A stretch of DNA of 64,000 nt, from positions 96,001 to 160,000 of the forward strand of contig JBHLMG010000002.1 of assembly GCA_048938385.1 (NCBI GenBank), read 5' to 3'. The DNA is from Promethearchaeota archaeon. Its GTDB lineage: Archaea > Asgardarchaeota > Hermodarchaeia > Hermodarchaeales > Hermodarchaeaceae. This document shows, one piece after another, positions 10,004 to 19,838 of the stretch. The notes under the pieces were generated by a model. That model saw only the letters and a list, made by a program, of their open reading frames with translations, ran no database searches and was not told the origin of the DNA. The translations under genes and the position numbers were made by a program. Position 1 is the first letter of the stretch; each line of letters starts with the position of its first letter.

Positions 10004-10276
10004 AATGAAATTTTTGTAGTACTTCACGAAGTTGGAAATGGTTTCTCCTTCACGACCCTTTTCGTAAAGAAGCATCGCAAAAATATGATGTGTCCCATAG
10101 GATTTCAAAAGGATCACTTCCATTAAAAATGTTGAATTATGTTTACTAGGAAAAGAAGGAACAATAAATCATGCTGACTAAATCAGAAAAGCACAGACTC
10201 TGTAGAGGGATCAAAGCTGACAGAACCAGAAAGAATCACAACGGACAAAGCGAAAACTGAATCGACAAAGGATATT

Positions 10277-12673
10277 ATGAAAACTCTATCAACAAGTTCG
10301 AAAGGCCTATCTTCTGAAGAAGCTTCCAAGCGCATACAAGTGTTTGGTCCAAATGAGATAATAGAGAAGAAGAAAAATCCCTTTCTTAAATTTCTAGGTT
10401 ATTTCTGGGGTCCTATACCTTGGATGATTGAAGTGGCCGCGATCTTATCCGCGGTCATACAACATTGGGAAGATTTCGCAGTCATCCTTCTCATGTTATT
10501 GATTAATGCCGTTGTCGGGTTCTGGCAAGAAAAGAAGGCAGATGATACTATTAAGCTTTTAAAACAAAAATTAGCCACTCAGGCTAAAGTACTAAGGGAT
10601 GGGAAATGGATTGAAGTTCCAGCTCGAGAACTGGTACCTGGAGATTTCGTTCGGATTCGACTTGGTGATATGGTTCCAGCTGATTTGAAACTTACGGAAG
10701 GCGATTATCTGCAAACAGATGAATCTGCTTTAACCGGTGAGTCGCTTCCTGTTGAAAAAAAAGGAGAAGATGTTGCTTATTCAGGATCCATTGTTCGACA
10801 GGGCGAAATGAATGGCCTCGTCGTCACCACCGGGATGCAAACCTACTTCGGCAAAACTGCACAACTTGTAGAGAAAGCGAAAACCCGGAGCCATTTCCAA
10901 GAGAGTGTAATAAGAATCGGAAATTATCTAATCCTTATCGCGGTTGCCCTGGTAGCCTTAGTCTTTGTAGCATCCTTTCTTCGCTATGAATCTGTTCTAG
11001 AGACACTGCAGTTTTCCTTAGTGCTCTTAGTCGCTGCAATTCCTGTTGCACTACCAGCGGTTCTTTCTGTAACCTTGGCGGTTGGTGCAATCAGTTTGAC
11101 TAAACGTGGCATCATCGTTTCAAAACTTCGGACCATTCAAGAATTGGCTGGTGTCGATATCCTATGCTCGGATAAAACAGGTACGATTACGAAAAATGAA
11201 ATCGCTGTTGCGGAAGTTATTTCGCAAAAGAACTTCACAAAACATGATGTCATCAGACTGGCCGCCTTTGCTTCTCGGGAAGAAGATAAAGACCCGATTG
11301 ATACGGCAATCATTATCAAAGATAAGGCTGAAAAATCTAATAATGACCAAACTTCGTCAATTGAGATCTTAGCCTTTAAGCCATTTGACCCATTTACAAA
11401 ACGTACGGAAGCCACAATAAGAGAGGTGGGGAAAGATCAGTTCAAGGTTTCCAAAGGTGCAGCTCAAGTTATTCTCGCTTTAATCGCGGATAAAAAGATG
11501 TTATCCAAGGATATCGATGACCAAGTAAATGCTTTTGCACAGAAAGGATTTCGAGCTTTAGGCGTGGCCAAGACTGATTCAAAAGGAACTTGGCAGTTTG
11601 TAGGATTAATTGCCTTATATGATCCCCCTCGTGATGATTCTGCGGATATGATTACAACAGCTCAAACCATGGGATTAGATGTTAAGATGGTAACAGGCGA
11701 TCATGTAGCTATTGCTAAACAGATTGCTCAGGAAATTCAGTTAGGCACAAACATTTTACAGGCTTCAGAGTTTTTAGAAAAATCTGATAATGAAGTTCAG
11801 GAACTTGTGGAAAAAGTGGACGGATTCGCGCAGGTGTTTCCTGAACATAAATATCATATCGTGGAACTCCTGCAAAAAAAGAACCATATTGTAGGAATGA
11901 CAGGAGATGGTATCAACGATGCGCCTGCTCTGAAAAAAGCAGATACCGGCATTGCGGTGGCTGGTGCCACAGATGCAGCGAAATCAGCGGCGGACCTAGT
12001 TCTTACAGATTCAGGACTTTGCCCCATTATTGATGCAATCAAGCAAAGCCGGCAAATCTTTGAACGGATGAATAGTTATTCCATGTATCGTATTGCTGAA
12101 ACTATGCGCGTGCTATTCTTTCTTGCCTTTTCTATTCTTATCTTCAATTTTTATCCAATAAACGCAATTATGATTGTCGTTCTAGCTTTACTCAATGATT
12201 TGCCCATCATGATGATCGCCTTCGATAACACAATGCTCCCCGGTAAACCTGTTCGCTGGGACACCTCAAGGATTTTAATCCTTGCAACCTGCCTTGGTTT
12301 CTTAGGAGTTATTGCCAGCTATGGGATGCTTTACTTTGGCTTGGTTGTATTCCACCTCGATCCCTTAACACTTCAAACACTAATCTTTCTTAAACTTGCA
12401 GTAGCTGGTCATATGACCATATTTCTAACTCGAACTAGATCGCACTCTTTTTGGCATCGGCCATTACCTGCCCTTCGACTTTTCTTAACAGCAGAACTCA
12501 CACAGTTACTAGCGACTATCATGGCTGTTTATGGTGTTCTTATGCCTGCGATTGGGTGGGGGCTTGCAGCTTTTATCTGGGGATATGTGCTCCTATTCTT
12601 TGTGATCGGGAACTTTTTCAAAATCGGAGTCATCAAACTGATGAACCGATTTAGCATCGGAGTGATGCAATGA
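10277..12673 (+). CDS. P3A-type plasma-membrane proton-efflux P-type ATPase (possible CTG start at 10217)
   Basis: FWGPIPWMIE, TGES, IPVALP, CSDKTGT phosphorylation site, DPPR, MTGDGINDAPALKKAD, ALLND. Confidence 0.95.
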   Translation: MKTLSTSSKGLSSEEASKRIQVFGPNEIIEKKKNPFLKFLGYFWGPIPWMIEVAAILSAVIQHWEDFAVILLMLLINAVVGFWQEKKADDTIKLLKQKLATQAKVLRDGKWIEVPARELVPGDFVRIRLGDMVPADLKLTEGDYLQTDESALTGESLPVEKKGEDVAYSGSIVRQGEMNGLVVTTGMQTYFGKTAQLVEKAKTRSHFQESVIRIGNYLILIAVALVALVFVASFLRYESVLETLQFSLVLLVAAIPVALPAVLSVTLAVGAISLTKRGIIVSKLRTIQELAGVDILCSDKTGTITKNEIAVAEVISQKNFTKHDVIRLAAFASREEDKDPIDTAIIIKDKAEKSNNDQTSSIEILAFKPFDPFTKRTEATIREVGKDQFKVSKGAAQVILALIADKKMLSKDIDDQVNAFAQKGFRALGVAKTDSKGTWQFVGLIALYDPPRDDSADMITTAQTMGLDVKMVTGDHVAIAKQIAQEIQLGTNILQASEFLEKSDNEVQELVEKVDGFAQVFPEHKYHIVELLQKKNHIVGMTGDGINDAPALKKADTGIAVAGATDAAKSAADLVLTDSGLCPIIDAIKQSRQIFERMNSYSMYRIAETMRVLFFLAFSILIFNFYPINAIMIVVLALLNDLPIMMIAFDNTMLPGKPVRWDTSRILILATCLGFLGVIASYGMLYFGLVVFHLDPLTLQTLIFLKLAVAGHMTIFLTRTRSHSFWHRPLPALRLFLTAELTQLLATIMAVYGVLMPAIGWGLAAFIWGYVLLFFVIGNFFKIGVIKLMNRFSIGVMQ

Positions 12674-12773
12674 GCTTGTGGGGTATTTACGGAGCATCAC
12701 CACTAATACACAAATCCTAATGATACACCAAACAACGGCTGTAATTATGGCAAAGCAGACAATTCAAACAGGT

Positions 12774-13094
12774 TTATAATTGTCTTAATTCTTTTTTAGC
12801 TTGGTGAAAGCCACCTAGTCCAAATCCAATAAGAGCGCCTCCAGTGATAGCGAATATATTGGATATTATTCCCGCTAGATCTGGTCCTGTGTATGCAGAT
12901 TCAGGTACCCATTCCCACGAAACACCTGAAAACAATAAGAGCCAGATTATCCAGAGTACAAGAATTGTGAGTCCTGCAATAATGAATTTTTTCCAGTGCT
13001 TCGCCATCCATTTTGATAGAGTTTGTTTAGGTTTCGCTGCAGGCAACGAGTCAGAAGAAATCCGTTCTTCTTCGAAGAAAGTTTCCACTTCCAT
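12774..13094 (-). CDS. small two-TM membrane protein
   Basis: Two hydrophobic segments. Confidence 0.6.
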   Translation of the reverse strand: MEVETFFEEERISSDSLPAAKPKQTLSKWMAKHWKKFIIAGLTILVLWIIWLLLFSGVSWEWVPESAYTGPDLAGIISNIFAITGGALIGFGLGGFHQAKKELRQL

Positions 13095-13510
13095 TCCGAA
13101 GCCTTTTCGCTGCTCATTTTTGGACGTATCTTGTTCCCTCTGATTAGAATAGGTGAATCCAAAACTAATAATGTTATTGAATGAGAGAATAAACTGATTC
13201 CTGAATGACCATTGGATTTTCAGATCGGTGCATTTGCTGAAGATAGAGGATCCGTTATCCCTCGAAGCAGAAGCGTAGGATTCGTTTTCATAGTATTTGC
13301 ATAATGAGATGTGGTTTGAACAACAGGCAAAGAAATTATCTGAAACTTACCTGTTTTTTGTTCGCCAAAGATGTTAATCGGTTCCTCTATTCTCAATTTG
13401 CAGAGCCTAACGAGGGTCGGTAGCCACTTTCCCATGTTATCAAAGCAATTAGGGTTTTTTTGAGCAGCCTGTGGCAACCTACAAGCCGCGCGGCTCTTTC
13501 ACCTACAATT

Positions 13511-13891
13511 TTATTCTCGACTTGGTCGGTTGTAGCTGTCAACGATTCGGACTACATCACCAAACATGCAAGTACCTAGTTCTAATATCAGAGTATCCTG
13601 TATAGGTTGGATTCGGTGGGGTTGTCCAGGTGCAATTTGCAGTGTATCACCTGCTACTAACTCTATTTGTTGGTCTTCGAGGTGTACACGAACTTGACCA
13701 CTCACAATGTAAAAAAATTCGTCCTTCTCTTCGTGATAATGAAGCGAGGTCGTGTGCTCTTTGCGGAGAAAAAGCTCCTTGAGAAAAATCCCCTGAAATT
13801 TTGCCAGCGGGCGTTCGTACCCCCAGGGCTTTTCTTTCTTCTGACCCATTGGCACATCATTTGGTGTCTCTGAATAACCCATCCCCACCAC
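13511..13891 (-). CDS. cupin domain protein (mannose-6-phosphate isomerase type II C-terminal-like); start uncertain
   Basis: KPWG, SLHYHEEKDEFFY, PGQPHRI, DVVRIVDSYNR. Confidence 0.85.
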   Translation of the reverse strand: MVGMGYSETPNDVPMGQKKEKPWGYERPLAKFQGIFLKELFLRKEHTTSLHYHEEKDEFFYIVSGQVRVHLEDQQIELVAGDTLQIAPGQPHRIQPIQDTLILELGTCMFGDVVRIVDSYNRPSRE

Positions 13892-13920
13892 ACGCTCTAG
13901 CCAAATTGTTAATAGTTAGA

Positions 13921-14352
13921 CTACATTCCCTCATCGACGATTCGGTCGACGATCTTCTGTAACTTCTTATCTTCACGGATTCGCTCCGGGCGCCATGTGC
14001 GCCCCATGTGAACTCTGTCTGGTTCACCGAGAATATCAGCCATCGCCCTTTCTAGACTCTTAGCTGCTCGCGCATCAAGTCGAGCACATTCCCCAAAGTA
14101 ATCGCAATTCTTAATCGTGCATTTACTGCCCACATCAAGGCGGTAAACTCCTTTCTGCAATGGAGTCGCTGTAACTTGCAAAGGGCAAGTGGTGGTGTCA
14201 TCGGAAAAGATGCGAACGCCATTAGTCTCTTTGATGATCATTCGTGAACCAATTATCCGGCGTGCGCCTTCTGCGATTTCATCCAAGGTGGCAACGACAA
14301 CTAAGTCGCCAAATTCGCCTTTGTCAGGTTTCTTTGTCATGGAGTGTCGCAC
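13921..14352 (-). CDS. hypothetical protein with Cys cluster
   Basis: 143-aa ORF; CPLQV...CTIKNCDYFGEC. Confidence 0.7.
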   Translation of the reverse strand: MRHSMTKKPDKGEFGDLVVVATLDEIAEGARRIIGSRMIIKETNGVRIFSDDTTTCPLQVTATPLQKGVYRLDVGSKCTIKNCDYFGECARLDARAAKSLERAMADILGEPDRVHMGRTWRPERIREDKKLQKIVDRIVDEGM

Positions 14353-14443
14353 CAGTACTTATTTGTCAATTGCTGTGCAAGTGATATTTTTCTAACGGAG
14401 CTACGCCTTATTAGCCTTTACTTCACTTCAAGGTATTTACTTC

Positions 14444-14644
14444 TCAGTTCCCTAAATAGAGGATTAAGGCTAAGAGGAATAGCATTCCGCCAAAAAGGAT
14501 GACCACGACTGATAAAGCGGTATTCAAGAACAGAACAGCGAATGGAGTATCAATCAGGAGAAAGGGAAAAGAAAGAAACGCAAAGAGTAATATCAGTAAG
14601 ACGATTCCAATGATCCATCCGCGTTGACGTCGGCTAATGGTCAT
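14444..14644 (-). CDS. small two-TM membrane protein
   Basis: Basic N-terminus followed by two hydrophobic helices; GGAG upstream of ATG. Confidence 0.6.
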   Translation of the reverse strand: MTISRRQRGWIIGIVLLILLFAFLSFPFLLIDTPFAVLFLNTALSVVVILFGGMLFLLALILYLGN

Positions 14645-14816
14645 TACTGAGACTCTCCATTGACGGCTAGGCGCAACAGTTTCAAGATGGTTCCTATAAG
14701 GTTTTCGTCGCTCTTAACGACTGTTGACAAGTTTTCTGTGGAGGGCTCTTACAATCAGTAAGGCTTTTTAATTCCTGAAAAACAGGAAGTCTAACCACTT
14801 TCAGGTTGTTCCCTTC

Positions 14817-15800
14817 GTGTTAGAAATTGCTGCTATCCTCACCCTCATCAGTGGAATTCTTTCAGGATTGGGACATTCTATTCAACGCCGAAGTCTGGAT
14901 CGACTACCGGAACTCACGCCTCGAACCTTTTACCAACAGCACTTTCAGCTAATTATAGCAATTCTCACAACACCTCTTTGGCTACTTGGAGGTGTTCTCT
15001 CTGTTTCTGGGGGCTTGCTCAGATGGCAAGCATTCTCTATGGGGGAAGTCAGCATTCTAAAACCATTGACTAACATTAATATCTTAGTCGTAGTCATCAT
15101 CGGGGTATTATTTCTAGGAGAGCGCGTGAGTCGCTGGGAATGGACAGGCATCACCACCTTACTTGGTGGAGTAATCGTATTGAGCCTTGCTGTTGAACCT
15201 GTACCTCCCCTCACCTATCACCTACCCTGGTACATTTTCTCCACCATCATCTGCGTTACCCTTGTCGTGATACTAGTGACTGTTGGATCACGGTTAGGTC
15301 GAACAACTCGAGAAAAGGAGCTCATTTTCGCAATGGGTGCAGGAATCCTCTATGGCATAGCCACGATTTTCCTCAAGGCCATGACCTTAGAAGTCATCCA
15401 ACTTCTCGGCGGATTCTCAATCCTCGATTTTACATCACTCGTTGTTTTAACTACTCGTCTCTCCTTCTGGCTCTATCTCAGCAGCTCAGTCATTGCCTAT
15501 TTTCTCCTCCAATGTGCATATTCGCATCGTCGGGCATCAGTGGCGTTTCCAATTAACAATTCTCTCTCCACTCTGGTTCCCATCGTAATCGCCGTTCTCG
15601 TCTTCGGAGATGTCCTCATTACTCCTATTGACGGACTGCTCTTCTTTCCCATCTCATATCTTCGCATCATCGGCATCTTTGCAGTAATTCTTGGCATCCT
15701 CTTTCTTCGACGATTTCAAAGCCACACGCCAACCCTAGCCAAGGAAAACGCAGGGAATTCACAAAACATGGGGGGGAAAAATCTAAAAGCCGTTCAATAA
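14817..15800 (+). CDS. DMT/EamA-like (NIPA-like) membrane transporter
   Basis: About 9 TMs; AFSMGEVSILKPL...LFLGERVSRWEWTGI pattern. Confidence 0.8.
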   Translation: MLEIAAILTLISGILSGLGHSIQRRSLDRLPELTPRTFYQQHFQLIIAILTTPLWLLGGVLSVSGGLLRWQAFSMGEVSILKPLTNINILVVVIIGVLFLGERVSRWEWTGITTLLGGVIVLSLAVEPVPPLTYHLPWYIFSTIICVTLVVILVTVGSRLGRTTREKELIFAMGAGILYGIATIFLKAMTLEVIQLLGGFSILDFTSLVVLTTRLSFWLYLSSSVIAYFLLQCAYSHRRASVAFPINNSLSTLVPIVIAVLVFGDVLITPIDGLLFFPISYLRIIGIFAVILGILFLRRFQSHTPTLAKENAGNSQNMGGKNLKAVQ

Positions 15801-15851
15801 GAACCTTATACCTTCTTGGTTTCTCAGATGACCTCTTCAAGGTGAAGGCAA

Positions 15852-17162
15852 ATGCATCAATTCCTTACTCAACTTGATGATGCCTGGAAAACTGGTTATG
15901 AATTCGTAAAGGGCAGCCCGGTCGTTCTCAAACGCTCTGACATCAATTCGGTGATGTCCAACTCGGGAACCATCATGAACGATCGTCGTATCCGTGAAGC
16001 TCTCGCTACCACCGTTGAACTCCGCCAAACAGGTGCTGCTGCTATCGCCGACGCAGCCCATCAATCCCGAAAAGGCATGGCTGACTTCTATCCCACCCTG
16101 CAACACTCACAGGTTATGAACCAAATCCTCAAGGAAGAATATCCCGATAATTATGACGAATGGGAATACATATTCAGTGAAACTTGCTGGGGATTGACAC
16201 AATTCGGATACCTAAGCAGTGGGCGAAATGTCTTAAGCAATAACATTCGATTTGCACCCTGGGAACTCAGGGTCCCCCCCCACCTTTATGATTCACCCCC
16301 CGCCCGATTAGTCGAGAAGCTCCGAGACGCAGGTCATCGGGTTTGTTATGTCCAGGATGCGTCTCCCTCTGCTCATCGAGGTGGTCAAAACAAAGACACC
16401 TCTTTATACGCGTTGCCTCTCTTCTTCAAGCAACGCGGAATTCCAGTCTTCCCTTCACGACATTTTGCTGAAGAAATGATGTTGTATGCAAAGCTCAATG
16501 AAATGATCCATCAGAGCAAAAAGGTCATCGTCGCATTATTTGGTGGAAAAGTCACCGATTACCTTGATGTAATAGCACTTTACCAGCGCCGCGATAACAT
16601 TGAATTCCTTGCTGGTTCACTTCTAAGTATGGTGTTAATGAAAAGCAAACACCCTGAAATGAACTATGGTGTAAACGAGGACCGTTTCTTCAAAGATATT
16701 GGAGCACCAGAGCTTGCGAAATTCGAAAAACTATATGATGCAGACCGTATGCACATTGCACACGACCTCATCATCACCACACCTGATGAAATCGTGACAC
16801 GGGAATTAACACCAGAAACGAAAATCCGCTACGAAGTCCAAGGGATCGGTCCACAAACCGTCAAACTGTATGCGGACATCGTCAAGGGGGCACAACTTCT
16901 CATGGTCAATGGATGCCCTTTTAACATCCGACGATTCGAAACCTTTGGCGGAACCTTCCAAGATTTTATGACCCAGGTTCGCAAACAGAACGGCAGTTTG
17001 AAGATCTATGATTGTGGTGGAGACGCCATAACTGCCATTGAATTTACTGGCGTCAAAACTGATATTAGCTCAACCGCAGGTAAACTCGGATTACTTGCAC
17101 CCATGATTGAAAATATGGATGATTTGCAGAAAAATGCACCCGCTGTTGTACCTTTGCTATAG
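15852..17162 (+). CDS. highly divergent phosphoglycerate kinase-fold protein
   Basis: RSDINS, DRRIR, AHQSR, NNIRF, YVQDA..SAHR, GIGPQT, VNG, GGD and ST motifs in PGK order. Confidence 0.75.
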   Translation: MHQFLTQLDDAWKTGYEFVKGSPVVLKRSDINSVMSNSGTIMNDRRIREALATTVELRQTGAAAIADAAHQSRKGMADFYPTLQHSQVMNQILKEEYPDNYDEWEYIFSETCWGLTQFGYLSSGRNVLSNNIRFAPWELRVPPHLYDSPPARLVEKLRDAGHRVCYVQDASPSAHRGGQNKDTSLYALPLFFKQRGIPVFPSRHFAEEMMLYAKLNEMIHQSKKVIVALFGGKVTDYLDVIALYQRRDNIEFLAGSLLSMVLMKSKHPEMNYGVNEDRFFKDIGAPELAKFEKLYDADRMHIAHDLIITTPDEIVTRELTPETKIRYEVQGIGPQTVKLYADIVKGAQLLMVNGCPFNIRRFETFGGTFQDFMTQVRKQNGSLKIYDCGGDAITAIEFTGVKTDISSTAGKLGLLAPMIENMDDLQKNAPAVVPLL

Positions 17163-17187
17163 ACTATCCTACTCAGAAGCGTAGTAC

Positions 17188-19029
17188 CTACTCGGTAGAT
17201 CGACCACAATGCCCACAAAAAATAGCATTCGGTGTCAACGGAGCACCACAATGGTAACAAAAGCCAGTTCGATAAGTCGGGGGTAGAGAACCAGTATCGG
17301 TATCATCAATTCTGGAGCTCGGTCCAAAAGCCTGTACTGAACTGGTAGTCGCAATGGTCACTTGTCTGGATTTGTTGCGTCTTCGTTGGATCAGCATGCA
17401 AAGGCACCCAACGACAATGAGAACAACTACAGCACCCACTATTAGGTAAATGATCTTACTGATCCCTGTACTCTGGAAGGTGTAATATGCCCCTGAATTA
17501 TTTTCTACTACGGTATGACCACCTGAATCTGTTACTGCTACATAATAGGTGACTCTGACTCCTGGAAGGAAGGTTCCTAAAATACCACGCCATTGGTCAC
17601 CAGCAAAATAGGTCATCGCCACACGATACCACTGGGAATCACCTTCTACCTGATAGTAAACCGTGCCATTTACAATCCAGGTATCATCTGTTACATCAAC
17701 AAATACGGTTACAAGATCACCAAATGCAGGGTTGATAGGAATATGTTGTACAGAATTAATGACTGGAATTGTGGTATCACGTAATATAGAGATATTGTAC
17801 GATTGTCCAATTATGTTTTCAATTCTCATAGAGAACTGCCCGATCGATGATACATAAGTTGATACTTCACCAGGTCCAATTCCAAATGCTCCATCATCTT
17901 TAGTCGCTGTGGAGGGGTGGGAATCCACAACTTTGACGATGCCATGTCCTGATGAAATAGTTTCATCAACATAAGTGAGAACAACGCCTTGACTTCCTGC
18001 CCCGACACCAGGAAGTGATGCATCATAACCAATTTTCAAGCGAACCTCGATGAGGAAATACTGCTGGGTCGTCACATTGATGCGTACGAGTTGAACTCCG
18101 GTAGTACTCAGCTCAAGGGGGTCAACAATAACGGTGGCTTCTGTAGTAACATCGAGGATGTGAGTGCTGTTCACCCAACCTAGTTTGCTCTTACAATAGC
18201 CCATCATGTGAGCTGGTTGCTCACCGAGCATTGATGGCCCGTTCCAGGAACCCTTCGCCATGAGTCCCCAGTGGCCCACATATTCCACATCATCAACTAC
18301 ATCATAGAGATCGGGGAGCCCAAGATCGTGGCCAAACTCATGAGCAAGGACGCCTACATAGGAGGGATTCCCTACTGTACTTTCTTCGGGGCTTACCGAA
18401 GCCCGAGTAATGGTTACGCCATCCTTGACAATTGAGAAGCCCCACCACTCACTCGACCAGTAATCCCGCCAATCATGACTAAGCTCTTGTCCCTGTCCCG
18501 CGTGAATAATCGTTACCCCGTCATAAGCTGAAAAATCGACAATAGGGTCCGCTAGATTGATCGAATCTTGAACTAGCTCGAACTTAGGCTCACTAGGAAA
18601 GCTTGTACCATCGACATAATATGCTCGGTCATGCCCAAGGTTGAGCCAGACAGTCGTATTGCCACCTACCTGGGTAAGGCCATAAGATACTTCGTCGATA
18701 TAGTCATCTAGGGCGATTACAGCATTGTTTCGGACTTCTGTGGAGTTGAAGGTATGAGTTTTATCAGTGAATTCAACGAGGATGATAATGAGGTCATACT
18801 GCCCAGTGGTAGCCATTGGAGAATACGATACTTCAGGAGGAATTGGTCCATCAAGACCAAAACGGGAAACGCTAGGCATCGATACAAGTGCCGAAGCTTC
18901 AAATTCGGATGTCGCTGTTAGAAGACTGAGCGTGAAAGGCGTGAAGAACAGCATAGAAGCTGTCAGGGCAAACATCAATGTTAAAACGAGGGGCCGCTTG
19001 TTATAGGATTTTAGTTTCATAGATGGCAT
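17188..19029 (-). CDS. M6 family (immune inhibitor A-like) metalloprotease with C-terminal TM and zinc ribbon
   Basis: IIHAGQGQE, AHEFGHDLGLPDLY, WGLMAKGSW; TM followed by CYHCG...FCGHCG. Confidence 0.92.
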   Translation of the reverse strand: MPSMKLKSYNKRPLVLTLMFALTASMLFFTPFTLSLLTATSEFEASALVSMPSVSRFGLDGPIPPEVSYSPMATTGQYDLIIILVEFTDKTHTFNSTEVRNNAVIALDDYIDEVSYGLTQVGGNTTVWLNLGHDRAYYVDGTSFPSEPKFELVQDSINLADPIVDFSAYDGVTIIHAGQGQELSHDWRDYWSSEWWGFSIVKDGVTITRASVSPEESTVGNPSYVGVLAHEFGHDLGLPDLYDVVDDVEYVGHWGLMAKGSWNGPSMLGEQPAHMMGYCKSKLGWVNSTHILDVTTEATVIVDPLELSTTGVQLVRINVTTQQYFLIEVRLKIGYDASLPGVGAGSQGVVLTYVDETISSGHGIVKVVDSHPSTATKDDGAFGIGPGEVSTYVSSIGQFSMRIENIIGQSYNISILRDTTIPVINSVQHIPINPAFGDLVTVFVDVTDDTWIVNGTVYYQVEGDSQWYRVAMTYFAGDQWRGILGTFLPGVRVTYYVAVTDSGGHTVVENNSGAYYTFQSTGISKIIYLIVGAVVVLIVVGCLCMLIQRRRNKSRQVTIATTSSVQAFGPSSRIDDTDTGSLPPTYRTGFCYHCGAPLTPNAIFCGHCGRSTE

Positions 19030-19190
19030 TTGTGTAACCCAACTTCTTCACTATGACAGGTCTGGAAATGGTATGTCAAGTACTAAAAACCCACAAAATC
19101 TTCCGTCATAAACTTTCGGTTCTGTCGAATTGAATAATATCTTTTCCTAGTTAAGTCGCAAATGCCAAAGTAAAAACAGCCATATTTAGT

Positions 19191-19745
19191 TTAGCGTTTC
19201 ATGTGTTGTTCGTACATCAGTTCAGCCAGCTCGTTGAACGCTAAGGACACTTGATGTCCTGTTTTAGCTGAGGTTTCTTTATACGAATACAAACCAAGTT
19301 CCTCAGCAACTTTCTGCCCCTCTTCTTTCGAAATTTTTCGCTGCTTGTCCAAATCAGCTTTGTTCCCTAAGAGCATGAGAACAGGTTCAGGACCCACTGC
19401 TTCTCGGAACGCCTCAACCCATTGAGGAACAGTGGTCAAGGTTTGCGGACGAGTGAGATCAAAAACTAAGATTCCACCCGAAGCTCCCTGACAGTAACGA
19501 GTTCGGAGATCGCGGAAAATATCCTGCCCTGCCAAGTCCCAAATGAGTAGCTTGAAAAAGCCTTTGTCAAGTTGAGCATCATAGGTACTAATATCAATGC
19601 CCAATGTTCTTCGATAATCTCGCTCAAATTTCCCGGTAACATATTTTGTAACTAGGCTAGTTTTGCCAACCGCGGCTTCACCTAAAGTGACGAGTTTGTA
19701 CACTGCAGTAAAACGCTTCTCTTCATCGGGCACTCTTGAACTCAC
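19191..19745 (-). CDS. Rab-like small GTPase
   Basis: GEAAVGKT, RTLGID, WDLAGQ, GNKAD, ETSAK. Confidence 0.95.
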   Translation of the reverse strand: MSSRVPDEEKRFTAVYKLVTLGEAAVGKTSLVTKYVTGKFERDYRRTLGIDISTYDAQLDKGFFKLLIWDLAGQDIFRDLRTRYCQGASGGILVFDLTRPQTLTTVPQWVEAFREAVGPEPVLMLLGNKADLDKQRKISKEEGQKVAEELGLYSYKETSAKTGHQVSLAFNELAELMYEQHMKR

Positions 19746-19838
19746 AACTCAACCTCCATAAAGCCAAATTGTTACTCATTCTAGGTATTGCTAAGTATCC
19801 CTATAAGGGTTGCCGAATACTCTGAACAGACCTCTCAG

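Noticed and set aside
9776-10123. 115-aa minus-strand ORF
   Set aside because: It overlaps the antisense of the integrase-like relic and has no motif; probably spurious, though not excluded
13220-13477. 85-aa minus-strand ORF
   Set aside because: TTG start, no motif and no clear SD; cannot be supported as a gene
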